Source of the DNA: Eledone cirrhosa
Taxonomy: Eukaryota
Direction of reading: 5' to 3'
Assembly (NCBI GenBank): GCA_964016885.1
Contig: OZ024741.1
Coordinates: forward strand, 373,612,001 to 373,676,000
DNA length: 64,000 nucleotides
The position numbers and the translations under genes were made by a program. The notes below the pieces were generated by a model, which saw only the letters and a program-made list of their open reading frames with translations, was not told the origin of the DNA and ran no database searches. Shown piece after piece: positions 23,201 through 37,045 of the stretch (positions within the stretch are counted from its first letter, which is position 1; each line of letters opens with the position of its first letter).

Positions 23201-26200
23201 GTGGGACTGGTGTTGTGGTTAGAGGTGGGACTGGTGTTGTGGTTAGAGGTGTGACTGGTGTTGTGGTTAGAGGTGTGACTGGTGTTGTGGTTAGAGGTGT
23301 GACTGGTGTTGTGGTTAGAGGTGGGACTGGTGTTGTGGTTAGAGGTGGGACTGGTGTTGTGGTTAGAGGTGGGACTGGTGTTGTGGTTAGAGGTGGTTAG
23401 AGGTGTGACTGGTGTTGTGGTTAGAGGTGGGACTGGTGTTCTGGATAGAGATGGGACTGGTGTTGTGGTTAGAGGTAGGACTGGTGTTGTGGTAGAGTTT
23501 GACTGGTGTGGTTAGAGGTGTGACTGGTGTTGTGGTTAGAGGTGGGACTGGTGTTGTGGTTAGAGATGGGACTGGTGTTGTGGTTAGAGATGGGACTGGT
23601 GTTGTGGTTAGAGATGGGACTGGTGTTGTGGTTAGAGGTGTGACTGGTGTTGTGGTTAGAGGTGGGACTGGTGTTGTGGTTAGAGGTGGGACTGGTGTTG
23701 TGGTTAGAGGTGTCACTGGTGTTGTGGTTAGAGGTGGTTAGAGGTGTGACTGGTGTTGTGGTTAGAGGTGTGACTGGTGTTGTGGTTAGAGGTGGGACTG
23801 GTGTTCTGGATAGAGATGGGACTGGTGTTGTGGTTAGAGGTAGGACTGGTGTTGTGGTAGAGTTTGACTGGTGTGGTTAGAGGTGTGACTGGTGTTGTGG
23901 TTAGAGGTGGGACTGGTGTTGTGGTTAGAGATGGGACTGGTGTTGTGGTTAGAGATGGGACTGGTGTTGTGGTTAGAGATGGGACTGGTGTTGTGGTTAG
24001 AGATGGGACTGGTGTTGTGGTTAGAGGTGTGACTGGTGTTGTGGTTAGAGATGGGACTGGTGTTGTGGTTAGAGGTGGGACTGGCGTTATGTTAGAGTTG
24101 TAACTGGTGTTGTGGTTAGAGGTGTGACTGGTGTTGTGGTTAGAGGTGTGACTGGTGTTCTGGTTAGAACTGGGACTGGTGTTGTGGTTAGAGGTGGGAC
24201 TGGTGTTGCGGTTAGAGGTGTGACTGGTGTTGTGTTAGAGTTGTGACTGGACTGGTGTTACTGGTGTTGTGGTTAGAGGTGTGACTGGTGTTGGGTTAGA
24301 GGTGTGACTGGTGTTGTGCTTAGAGGTGTGACTGGTGTTGTGGTTAGAGGTTTGACTGGTGTTGTGGTTAGAGGTGGGACTGGTGTTGTGGTTAGAGGTG
24401 TGACTGGTGTTGTGGTAGTGTTGTGACTGGTGTTGTGGTAGAGATGGGACTGGTGTTGTGGTGAGAGGTGTGACTGGCGTTATGGTAGAGGTGGGACTGG
24501 TGTTGTGGTTAGAGGTGGAACTGGTGTTGTGGTTAGAGGTGGGACTGGTGTTGTGGTTAGAGGTAGGACTGGTGTTGTGGTTAGAGATAGGACTGGTGTT
24601 GTGGTTAGAGGTGGGACTGGTGTTGTGGTTAGAGGTGGGACTGGTGTTGTGGTTAGAGGTGGGACTGGTGTTGTGGTTAGAGATAGGACTGGTGTTGTGG
24701 TTAGAGATAGAACTGGTGTTGTGGTTAGAGGTGGGACTGGTGTTGTGGTTAGAGGTGTGACTGGAGTTATGGTAGAGTTGTAACTGGTGTTGTGTTTAGA
24801 GGTGGGACTGGTGTTGTGGTTAGAGGTTTACCTGGTGTTATGGTAGTGTTGTGACTGGTGTTATGGTAGAGTTGTAACTGGTGTTGTGGTTAGAGGTGGG
24901 ACTGGTGTTGTGGTAGTGTTGTGACTGGTGTTGTGGTAGTGTTGTGACTGGTGTTGTGGTAGAGTTGTGACTGTTGTGTGGTAGAGGTGTGATTGGTGTG
25001 TGGTAGAGGTGTGACTGGTGTGTGGTAAAAGGTGTGACTGGTGTTGTGGTTAGAGGTGTGACTGGTGTTGTGGTTAGAGGTGGGACTGGTGTTGTGGTTA
25101 GAGGTGGGACTGGTGTTGTGGTTAGAGGTGGAAATGGTGTTGTGGTTAGAGGTGGGACTGGTGTTGTGGTTAGAGGTGGGACTGGTGTTGTGGTTAGAGG
25201 TGGGACTGGTGTTGTGGTTAGAGATAGGACTGGTGTTGTTGTTAGAGGTGGAACTGGTGTTGTGGTTAGAGGTGTGACTGGTGTTGTGGTTAGAGGTGTG
25301 ACTGGTGTTGTGGTTAGAGGTGGAACTGGTGTTGTGGTTAGAGGTGTGACTGGTGTTGTGGTTAGAGGTGTGACTGGTGTTGTGGTTAGAGATGTGACTG
25401 GTGTTGTGGTTAGAGGCGTGACTGGTGTTGTGGTTAGAGGTGGGACTGGTGTTGTGGTTAGAGGTGGGACTGGTGTTGTGGTTAGAGGTGGGACTGGTGT
25501 TGTGGTTAGAGGTGGGACTGGTGTTGTGATTAGAGGTGGGACTGGTGTTGTGGTTAGAGGTGGGACTGGTGTTGTGGTTAGAGGTGTGACTGGTGTTGTG
25601 GTTAGAGGTGTGACTGGTGTTGTGGTTAGAGGTGTGACTGGTGTTGTGGTTAGAGGTGGGACTGGTGTTGTGGTTAGAGGTGGGACTGGTGTTGTGGTTA
25701 GAGGTGGGACTGGTGTTGTGGTTAGAGGTGGTTAGAGGTGTGACTGGTGTTGTGGTTAGAGGTGGGACTGGTGTTCTGGATAGAGATGGGACTGGTGTTG
25801 TGGTTAGAGGTAGGACTGGTGTTGTGGTAGAGTTTGACTGGTGTGGTTAGAGGTGTGACTGGTGTTGTGGTTAGAGGTGGGACTGGTGTTGTGGTTAGAG
25901 ATGGGACTGGTGTTGTGGTTAGAGATGGGACTGGTGTTGTGGTTAGAGATGGGACTGGTGTTGTGGTTAGAGGTGTGACTGGTGTTGTGGTTAGAGATGG
26001 GACTGGTGTTGTGGTTAGAGGTGGGACTGGCGTTATGTTAGAGTTGTAACTGGTGTTGTGGTTAGAGGTGTGACTGGTGTTGTGGTTAGAGGTGTGACTG
26101 GTGTTCTGGTTAGAAGTGGGACTGGTGTTGTGGTTAGAGGTGGGACTGGTGTTGTGGTTAGAGGTGGGACTGGTGTTGTGGTTAGAAGTGGGACTGGTGT

Positions 26201-27385
26201 TGTGGTTAGAGGTGGGACTGGTGTTGTGGTTAGAGGTGTGACTGGTGTTGTGTTAGAGTTGTGACTGGACTGGTGTTACTGGTGTTGTGGTTAGAGGTGG
26301 GACTGGTGTTGTGGTAGTGTTGTGACTGGTGTTGTTGTTAGAGGTATGACTGGTGTTGTGGTTAGAGGTGTGACTGGTGTTGGGTTAGAGGTGTGACTGG
26401 TGTTGTGCTTAGAGGTGTGACTGGTGTTGTGGTTAGAGGTTTGACTGGTGTTGTGGTTAGAGGTGGGACTGGTGTTGTGGTTAGAGGTGGGACTGGTGTT
26501 GTGGTAGTGTTGTGACTGGTGTTGTGGTAGAGTTTGACTGGTGTGGTTAGAGGTGTGACTGGTGTTGTGGTTAGAGGTGGGACTGGTGTTGTGGTTAGAG
26601 GTGTGACTGGTGTTGTGGTAGTGTTGTGACTGGTGTTGTGGTAGAGATGGGACTGGTGTTGTGGTGAGAGGTGTGACTGGCGTTATGGTAGAGGTGGAAC
26701 TGGTGTTGTGGTTAGAGGTGGGACTGGTGTTGTGGTTAGAGGTGGGACTGGTGTTGTGGTTAGAGATAGGACTGGTGTTGTGGTTAGAGGTGGGACTGGT
26801 GTTGTGGTTAGAGGTGGGACTGGTGTTGTGGTTAGAGGTGGGACTGGTGTTGTGGTTAGAGATAGGACTGGTGTTGTGGTTAGAGATAGAACTGGTGTTG
26901 TGGTTAGAGGTGGGACTGGTGTTGAGGTTAGAGGTGTGACTGGAGTTATGGTAGAGTTGTAACTGGTGTTGTGTTTAGAGGTGGGACTGGTGTTGTGGTT
27001 AGAGGTTTACCTGGTGTTATGGTAGTGTTGTGACTGGTGTTATGGTAGAGTTGTAACTGGTGTTGTGGTTAGAGGTGGGACTGGTGTTGTGGTAGTGTTG
27101 TGACTGGTGTTGTGGTAGTGTTGTGACTGGTGTTGTGGTAGAGTTGTGACTGTTGTGTGGTAGAGGTGTGATTGGTGTGTGGTAGAGGTGTGACTGGTGT
27201 GTGGTAAAAGGTGTGACTGGTGTTGTGGTTAGAGGTGTGACTGGTGTTGTGGTTAGAGGTGTGACTGGTGTTGTGGTTCGAGGTGTGACTGGTGTTGTAG
27301 TTAGGTGTGACTGGTGTTGTGGTTAGAGGTGTGACTGGTGTTGTGGGTAGAGTTGTGACTGGTGTTGTGGTTAGAGGTGTAATAG
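20240..27385. repeat. 24-bp tandem satellite (gactggtgttgtggttagaggtgk), about 7.1 kb, with higher-order duplication
   Basis: Roughly 300 units. Diagnostic variant blocks recur at 22401, 24760 and 26939. Confidence 0.98.
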
Positions 27386-27762
27386 TGTTATGGTTAGTGT
27401 TGCAGTTGATATTATCACTGGTGTTGCTGTTAATGTTGTGATGGGGTGTGGCTGGAGCTGTACTTGGTGTTGCAGTTGGTATTGCAGTTGATGTTGTGGA
27501 AGGTGTGGTTAGAGTTGTGACTGGTGTTGGGATTGGTGTCATGGTCCGTGTGGTAGTGTTGTGTTTGACGTTTTCTTTAGTAATTAATTTAATTTGTATA
27601 AATATTGAGTTTGTTAATTCGCAAGCAGAATATTGGAAAATTATGTAATATTCAAATAAAGATAACAGATATATGATATATTTCATATATTTTGAGAACC
27701 CTCATCAAATTATTCAGTTTTTGAATTAACAATTTTACTCCAATTTATGTCTCTCATTTCAG

Positions 27763-27940
27763 AGATAACAGGTGGACTATTAGAGTAACAGAGGTGACAC
27801 CAAGGCATTGGAGAAGAGCCAGAAAGAGGTCAAAGGCTAGATGGTGTGATAATCTGACCCCAGATGCCACACTATGGCCAGAGATAGGAAGTGGTAGAGG
27901 TCAACCAGGAAGAGGTTCCTCCAACAAGAGTGAGAAGGCC
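27763..27940 (+). mobile_element. RTE LINE 3' fragment
   Basis: Encodes DNRWTIRVTEVTPRHWRRARKRSKARWCD. Related to 46050-46510 and 56212-56626. Confidence 0.7.
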
Positions 27941-30724
27941 CTGGAATTTTAAAGAAAAAAAATGAAATTCTAGACTTCTGTTGAGTCTTTTTTTTTTTTA
28001 TCAGGAAATGTTTTGCTGAAAAAATCCAAACTTAATGTTTGAAAAATTGTTCTTGCATCCTGCCAATAGGAAATTTAGCTATCTACTATATACATTAGGA
28101 TATTAAATTTGTAACATAAATGATAGGTGTTGATGATATAATGTATATGACAACAAGACCTCAAAAGGATGAAATGCAAAGTTGATCTCAGCATAATTTG
28201 AACTCAGAGAGCAGAAAGCTGAAACAAATACTGCAAAGCATTCTATCTGATGTTCTAATGACTCTGCCAATTTGCCACCTTTGCTAAACGAGATACACAC
28301 AGTAAATTAAGAAATGTATATAAATGTATATCATCACCATTTAATGTCTATTTTCCATGCTAGCATTGATTAGACAGATTGACATGTTCTGAGGCCAGAC
28401 ATATCAGGCAGCTATGTCCTGCTCATATTCTCCAGTTTCAGCTTGTTTTCTATGGCTGGATGCCCTTCATAATGCCAACCACTTAATAGCATGAACTGGG
28501 AGCATCAGCACAATCGTATAAGGTGTGCTTTGGGTATGGAACCAGTACTACCAGGGTGGACCAGGTGCTTTTGTCATGGCACCAGCACTATCACTTTATG
28601 GGTAGGCTGGCATGGTCATCGGATCTGACTTGTCTCACAACAGTACAATCCATCTAACCCATGTTAGTGTGGAAAATAGACGTTGAACTGTGACAATAAG
28701 GATAATGATACCAGCCTTGGTTTTATTATATATATCAACTCATCTTAAAATATCCATACTTTTATTAAAACCAAGAAATTTTTGTTGAGTAATGCTTCAA
28801 ACATCATTTATCTCATTAAATTCATTCATCAAATTTTCAAAATGAATTGTTACACATAGGCAGTGTATTTCATTAGAAATATGGTAAAAAAGAACTGCTA
28901 AAGCATACTGACTCAAAACATTGACATAAGAATATCAAATGATTTTGTTGGCATTTTCAGAACTGGGAAGGAAATATAGGTGAAGTGAGAAGCTGTAAGA
29001 TGATAAAATGAGTGGGTCGAGTAGGCCTAAGGTAGTTCACAGGAGCTAGTAATGGTTCACCAATATCACTTTTAACTTCTTCTCGCTGTCTAGATTATCT
29101 TTTGTTATAAGTCTCATCTGTATTTCAAAAGTAATTCAGAAAATATACAATTACTGAAGTTCATTTCTACTTTGTCCTATATTTACATTCAAAGGTTTCA
29201 GAAACAGTAGATTCCATATCTTCTTGATGGCTTCTTTTGAAGTCTTTAATAGGAAGTCAACAGCAATATATTGCTTCTTTTACACTTAAGGACATTGTGT
29301 AAAAAATTGGTATCTAGCCAAAGCTAATCTATTATGGTTTGTTAGAAGTTTTCTTCACATTTACCTTTAACCCTTTGGTTACCAATCTACCTGAAACTAC
29401 TCAAGGTTATACAGTATTAAGCCATTTATTTTAAAGCATTTCTGTTTATCTAAAACCATTTCATCATAATTTTGTATAAGAAACTTTGTTGTTTCAAACC
29501 CCTGCTTAAAAATGAGAAAATGTTTATATTTATCTAAAAACCTATCATAATTTTATGTAAGAACCTTTATTAAGTTATGTTTCTAACACCAGATAAATAG
29601 TAAGTTATATATTATAACTAAATCTCTCAAAATTCTTGATTATTTTTCAAAACCATTTAGAAATCTTAGGCAGTGTATTTCACTAGAAATACGGCAATGT
29701 CGGGGTTAATAACAACTAGATAGTATTGTACAGCTAGCTACCCACAGTAGCTATATACAACAACATAGATTGCTGTTGGTAATATGAATAAAGTGTTATA
29801 GCTCACCAAAATTATAGGGTGCTGATGCACAGCTTGAAAAACTGACTATTAATATTGCATAATCACAGTTGTACAGTCACTGTTAAATACTTCCAATTGC
29901 CTACCTAATAATAAATAGAGGAACTAATTTCTCTCTCATATATATATATATATATATAAAAATATATATATATGAAAATATATATATATGAAAATATATA
30001 TATATATATAAATGAAAATATATATATATATATAAATGAAAATATATAAATATATATATATGATTCTCTGAGTATTCGACAGACACGTGTACTCTTAATA
30101 TCATTCTCGGGCAGATTCATCATGACAGAATGCATGACATGGTTGGCCCTTTGCATTACAGGTACATCCAACAGGCTCCCAACCAGTTCGTTTAACTATT
30201 TACATTCATAAGGCATGGAGTAACCTGAGGCTATAGTAAATGATACTTGTCCCAAGATGCCATAAACTGGAATCAAACCCAAGATTATGAAGTAAACTTC
30301 TTAACCATTTGATTACATTGTGTTCACACTAGTGGATACACATTTGTATGCATGCCCAATTGACTTAACCCTTTCATTACCATATTTGGTGGGATTTAGT
30401 AATATAAGTGACTTTCTCTTTATTAAGTTGGTATTTGAAACATAACTTAAAGGTACTTAAATAAAATTATGTTGGTAGATATTTTAAAATAAATAACTTT
30501 AACCTTTTTGTTACAATATTTCTATTGAAAGACACTGCTTATGATTTTCAAATCATTTTGAAAATAATAAAAAATTTGGAAGGATTTAATAATATAGCTT
30601 TCTCATTATTGAGATGATGTTTGGTACATAACTTAAAGATACTTAGATAGAATTATGTCAGAAGTTTTTTTAGATAAATATAAACATTTGAAAATACAGT
30701 TTAGTATCATAGAACCATCGAAAG

Positions 30725-31140
30725 TACTTGTGCTTAGAGTGGAGTGCTGGGCACTCACAAAACATAGAAATGTGGTTAGATGGCACATATACAAGACTAC
30801 TGAAGAAAGTGGAAAATGTATCTTGGAGGGAGCACAGAACAAATGAGTCTCTATATGGTGACCCGAGACCAATTACAGACATCATAAAGGCTAGAAGACT
30901 TGGTTTCATAGGTCACAAAGGGTGAAGAGATCAGGCAGAGACATTACACCAGTTACTGTTATGTGAACCTACATAAGGTAGAAGAACAAGAGGTCAACCT
31001 CATGCTGTGTTTCTGGAGTGGGTTTGTAAAGAGACAAATCTTGGAAAGAATGAATTTGCAGAGGCCATGCTGGATAGAGACAAGTGGAGATGTATAATTA
31101 TCAATGTTGTCCGAGGAAACTCAACATGATGATGATGATC
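30725..31140 (+). mobile_element. RTE LINE 3' fragment with (GAT)n tail
   Basis: WLDGTYTRLLKKVENVSWREHRTNESLYG...RRLGFIGH. Confidence 0.85.
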
Positions 31141-32454
31141 ATCATCATCATAGAACCAGTAGCAGTTTCAGGTAGTTTGGCAACAAAGTGATTAAAGGTA
31201 TTATGAGTCTGAATTGATACTAACTTGTAATTGAAGCTCACAACATTGTATCTCTTTCAAAAGTCTCTCCTGACATCATATATGTAACCCTCAGCCACAC
31301 TGGTTGAATAATCTAAAATATTTTTACTGTGTATCCTGTAATTTTATATTAAACCAACTCTTAACATCCTGTAATGATTTAACAAAAAAAATGTTAATCT
31401 AAAATCATGTTTGTTAATTCAAATGTTTATCGTATCTTTACTAAGGCAAAAGATTTGCAGTACTAAGGACTTTAATTTTTAATGTGATGCAGACGCTGTG
31501 CTGTTTTGTACTTTTTAACAATATCTTCCTAATGTGGTTTCATGTGGTACAGGATTTCAATTAAATATACTAAGAGGAATTAAAAGAAACATTTCAAGAA
31601 TAAATGTCAGTCCAATGCCAACTTTGACCTAAGCTAATGGAGATTTTCGATAATTTATAAAACAGAGTTAAATGTACTTTGACATACTGACCTTGTAACT
31701 GTATATTGATAGCATTAATAGACCTACTCTGTTTAATATGGCATCAGCCCTATGCAAGTATCAATGCTTAAAGTGTGTTTCATGCTAAGTGCTCACACTG
31801 TTTACTGCTGCTGTAATAAAAAGAAAATATACATACATACACACACACATGAACGTGCATACATGCGTACATATATACAAACATACATACACACACACAC
31901 ACACATATGTATATATATATATATATACATACACACACACACACATAAGTACATGCGTACATATATACATACACCCACACACATATACATACATCATATA
32001 CACACACGTAATACTTGTTTAATGAATCACTTAAGTGTTTTTGAACCTCGTTATACACCATCATTAAGTCATTTCATTTCAGACTATTGTAATTATGCTT
32101 AGTTTAGTTGATTCCTGTTTTGCACTTGGAATATCTAAGTAGGTACTTTCTGCTGATGTTAGATTAAAAATTAAATTTTGGACACAATATTATTTTCAAT
32201 ATCATAAAATGAAACCCCTGCCATCCCCACCACCACCCACAAAAGAAATAATAATAAAACAAAATAAATCTGTTTCTTTAATTATTTAATCCACAAATTA
32301 ACAAAAAAAAAAAAATAATAATAAATAATGCCCGTTAGGTCATTGTGGGCAGAATTTACTATAATTAACTGACAATACAATCTTCATTTCACCTGTCTAT
32401 AATTAATGAAGTTTATCTTGTCTGTGCTATAATTTGAATTTAAATTTATTTAGC

Positions 32455-33010
32455 TGGTGCCATAGCATAAAACACCCACTTCACCGTGTAAGATGATAGT
32501 GTTGGTGCCATGACAAAAAGCACCTAGTTCACCCTGTAAAATAATAGTGTTGGCTCCATGACAAAACTCATCCAGTCCACCCTGTAAAATAAAAGTGTTG
32601 CTGCTATGGCATAAAATATCCAGTTCAACATGTAAGATGATAGTGTTGGTGCCATGACAAAAAGCACCCAGTTCATTCTGTAAAATGGTAGTGTTGGTGC
32701 CATGACAAAAAGCACCCAGTCCACTCTGTAAGATGGTAGTGCTGGTGCCATGACAAAAAGCACCTAGTCCACCCTGTATGATGGCAGTGCTGGTACCATG
32801 AAAAAAAGCACCTAGTCCACCCTGTATGATGGCAGTGCTGGTGCCATGACGGAAAGCACCTAGTCCACCCTGTAAGATGGTTGTGCTGGTGCTATGACAA
32901 AAAGTACCTAATCCACCCTGTAAGATGGTAATGTTAGTGCCATAACATAAAGCACTCAGTTCACCCTATCAAATGATAGTGCTGGTACTACAAAAAATAA
33001 CAAAAACAAA
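32455..33010. repeat. 48-bp minisatellite, about 11 copies, inside a LINE/SINE 3' UTR
   Basis: Unit gytggtgccatgacaaaaagcacctagtccaccctgtaagatgrtagt. Continues into the family tail gcatggaaaatagac and a (GGT/GAT)n expansion at 33146-33320. Confidence 0.9.
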
Positions 33011-34523
33011 CTCCCAGTACATGCTGTAAAGTGGTTGGCATTGAAAAGGTCATCCAGCCATAGGAAGCCAAATAAAAAAAATGGAATGTATGAACAAGAC
33101 ATGACAACCTCTCTAACCCATACAAGCATGGAAAATAGACTTTAAATGGTGATGATGATGGTGGTGATGGTAGTGGTCATGGTGGTGGTGGTAATGGTCA
33201 TGGTGGTGGTGGTGGTGATGGTAGTGGTGGTAGTGGTGGTGGTGGTGGTGGTAATGGTAGTGGTCATGGTGGTGGTGATGGTAGGGGTCATGGTGGTGGT
33301 AGGGGTCATGGTGGTGGTGACGTTTTTGATGATTGTTCATATATCCATTAATCCTTGTAGTAAATATGGCATACAAATCCTAGACTTCAAAAATTTATGG
33401 CATGGTAAATTAACGACATGGTAAATTAATGACATGATAAATTAATGACATTAATTGCTGTCACTAACAACCATATCAGAAAGTGAAACATTTCCTATTT
33501 CACAAATTCAAACCAATTCAATATTTGAATTGAACTGTGCAAGAACTTTCAAATTGTTAGATACACTTGAATAAAACATGCATTGGCAGCATATGTCCAA
33601 ACATAATGAAGATATTTAATAAGATATGCATGAGTGAACATATTCATATATAATGAAGATAATCCACCAATAATATGCATGAATCCATTAATGCATATTT
33701 ACTTGTTGAATGCCCTCATTGAAAGTCAATAAGATAGAGGATCGATAGAATGTATAGTCATTATTGTCAGCAGAAAAAAAGATAGGTATTGTGTAGATAA
33801 TAATTCACATCTAGAATAACTGAAATATGCAGTATCCAACAGGCTTCTAAATAGTTTCTGTGTACCCAATTTCACTCACAAAACTTATTACATTGACTGG
33901 ATGATATGGTAAATGATACTTTCCTAAGATACCACACAATGGGATCAAACCCAGAACTTTATGATAGCAAAGTAAACTTATTAACCATTCACCCATGCTG
34001 CAACCACAATACAGTGTATATGAAAAACTAATCACAAACTTGTGTGATTTATACCTTGGTTGTGGATTTATAATTATACCAATAGTTATTGGGGTGATTT
34101 ACTATGTAAACACAATTGATTTTGAACACTAATCTTGGAAAGTTTAGTGATTCCAAACCACCTGAAAACACCTTTAGTCTTAAGTCACAAATTAACTTGT
34201 TTTAAAATCTTTTTATACCAACCTGCTCAAAATTGCCTCTGGTGCTATGAAAGAAAGCCAGTCATTTTAAAAGGTTCTTATCTAAATTAAAATCTACCAA
34301 CACAATTTTATATAAGAACCATTAATTACAAATCCTATATTAATAATGAAATTAATAATTTTAGTAAATCCCTTAAAAATTTGTTTATTGAAAAACAATG
34401 TATTTCATTATAAATATGGCAATGAAAGGGTTAAATATTTAAATGAAACATCCCATAGTTTCATAAAAAGACAATATTTCTTTGATAACAAAACTCTTGT
34501 TGAAAGAAAACAAAGCAACAGTC

Positions 34524-34602
34524 ACTTACTGATACACTTTCTCAGCAATTTACTTCGTACTTACCTGGAAAAAGAAGAAAGAAAGAAAGAAATATTATTA
34601 GA
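34524..34602 (-). other. Candidate recursive splice site (3' splice site fused to 5' splice site) with a 35-nt cryptic exon
   Basis: Minus strand: CTAAT, then a 25-nt pyrimidine tract, then CAG|GTAAGT, with a second GTAAGT 35 nt downstream. Confidence 0.55.
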
Positions 34603-34789
34603 GGATAAAGTAGAAATATTTGCTCTGGAGGGCCTAAATTTTCTCCATGAAGGAAGCAATTTCAGAATAACATATTAGCTTCATAATTAATTTTACTGTC
34701 ATGTTTTTTGGGGTACATACATCAACTCATCAAATTATATAAACAACAGGATAGCACAAGCATGGTTTGCTGTGAACTCATTAGATAAA

Positions 34790-35250
34790 GTGTGGAAATA
34801 TAACATAACCACAAAAACAAGAGTTAGATTATTCAAAGCAACAATGGAATCAGTCTTACTGTATTCCTGTGAATCATGGTCAGTGACAATACCTATCACC
34901 AAAGCTTTAGATGGTTGCTATACATGAATGCTAAGAAGGATAAAAATCATCAAACCTCTCGACCGTGTTACAAACAAAATTCTCTATGACAACCTCTCAC
35001 CCATTAGCCATACCATCCGTATCAGGCATGTTCAACTTGCAGGTCATGTCATGAGAGGCAATGAACCTGCAACAAAACTTATTATAGGAGCCCACTAATA
35101 TGAAACTCAAATGCGGAAGACCTCTCAAGACATTAAAGAGAGTAGTTGAGGAAAATACAGAATTATCTAATGAAGAACTGAGGAAGTTAATGTTGGCTCG
35201 TGTGGGATAGAAAGGTTTTATCATATCACCACAAAGAAGATGATGAATTT
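34790..35250 (+). mobile_element. Decayed RTE LINE fragment
   Basis: RLFKATMESVLLYSCESW...ALDGCYT, LAGHV-like and GRP motifs, (GAT) tail. Confidence 0.75.
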
Positions 35251-36317
35251 AGTAGTAGTAGTAGTATTGCTATTCTTAACAACAATGCAGCTGGGATAGA
35301 ATAATATAGTGTTTAGATTTAAATTAAAACTTTCTATCAATTCTATGTAAGACAATTTCAAGTTATGTTTCAAACATTGGCTTAATAATGAAAAAGTTAA
35401 TTATATTGTCAAATCCCTACAAATTCTTGATTATTTTCAAAATTATTTCCTAATTATAGTAATGATATTTCATTAAAGATATGGTAAAGAAAAAGTTAGA
35501 CACTGCAGGTTATTTGGAATATTAGAGCACATTCCACAGGACTTGTGGCTCAATTAGACAGTGATCAATTAAATAAGTAACAGACCTGAAAAAGAAAAAA
35601 GTAGTGAGGTTGATATCAATTAATTCTTTAAAAATAGTGCCACAGTCAAAAGACAAACTAAATAAAATTTAAAAAACCTACAAAATAAGGAAAAAAACAA
35701 CAGAAGTATCTTTTCTGCAGATAAGGAAAAAAACAACAGAAGTATCCTTTCTGCAGATAAGGAAAAGGGGATTGGCTTGAGCTGGCTCCTCGCCATGCTT
35801 CTGTACTCCAGGGGAACCTTCAGAACATTCTCTGACCGGGTGATGTGTTGTGTTCTTGAACAAGACACTTTATTTCATGTTGCTCTAGTTTACTCAGAAG
35901 AAATGAGTTGCGACATCACTGGTGTCAAGCTGTATTGGCCTTTGGCTTACTCTTGGACAACATTGGTGACATGGAGAGAGGAGACGAGTATGCCTGGATG
36001 GCTGCTGGTCTTCCACAAACAACCTTGCTTGGACTTGTGCCTCGGAGGAGAACATTCTAGGTGTAAATCCCATGATCATTCGTGACCCTTACCTGATTCC
36101 ATAACCTCTAATGGAGTTATAGGGGCAGCAGTGTTTTAAACCAGGTTTTGTCCATGCCTTTGCAGGTTTGACCAAAGTTTATTTCTTCCTGTGAGAAAGA
36201 GAGGGAAGGCTGAATCAACCCCTGCGCTGGATAGTGTTTTATTTATCAACTCCTCTGAAAGGATGAAATAACAAGTGGGCCCAGATAGATTTGAACTCAG
36301 AGTGTAGAGAACTGGAA

Positions 36318-37045
36318 TCATCATCATCATCACCGTTTTACGTCCGTTCTTCCACGCTAGCATGGGTTAGACGGGTTGTCCTGTTGTGGGTAGTGTCCGG
36401 TCGGCTGACCTTGTCTTGCTCATACGGGAACTGATTCTGTCTTGATTTCTACAGCTGGATGCCCTTCCTAACACCAACCTCATTTACGGTGAGTGCTGGG
36501 TGCTTTTTTTCCGTGGTGCCTACACGTCCACTTTACAGTGTGGGCTGGGTGCTTTTTTGCTGTGGCACCTCCATGACCACTTTGCAGTAGGAGGGTGTGG
36601 GGGAATATTGTCTATATGCTTCAGCTTCGGTTTGTACCTGTGGGGGGGTCTTCTGTATTACTGTGTGACGCCAGAGGTCACGGTCGTGTGTCATTACCTT
36701 TGAGAGGTGTAATTGGGTAAGGTCGGCTTTTATCACCTCATCCCAGGTCTTCTCGGGTCTCCACACTCCGCGGTTTCCATCACTTTTAGTGCTCTGCACC
36801 TTTTTATGCAGCCGTCATCCTTCATGCACATCACATGTCCATACCAGTGCAACCGCCTCTCCTGCACACAGCATTTGATTCCTCTTATGCTCAGTCTCTC
36901 TCTCAATTCATTTATGCTTTGCCATATATTACTATTACACATCCATTGGAGCATGCAGGCTTCGTTTCTTTCTAATCTCCGCAAGTCTTCCACAGTCAGC
37001 GCCCAGGTCTCGCTACCATGTAACATTGCTGTTCGGATACAAGCG
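36318..37045 (-). mobile_element. RTE LINE 3' fragment, paralogue of 10163-10985
   Basis: AMLHGSETWALTVEDLRRLERNEACML...RLHWYGHV and the same 3' UTR. Confidence 0.92.

Noticed and set aside
20240-27385. CRISPR-like array
   Set aside because: Contiguous tandem monomers without unique spacers, eukaryotic context, and no cas genes. The same applies to the 48-, 37- and 26-bp arrays.
20256-27686. Long (GVVVRGGT)n and mucin-like (TTTPVPPL)n ORFs
   Set aside because: The 24-bp period keeps frames open by default. Frequent frameshifting unit variants and the lack of clear splice sites argue against coding.
33113-33376. Poly-His ORF
   Set aside because: Expanded (GGT/GAT)n retroelement tail.
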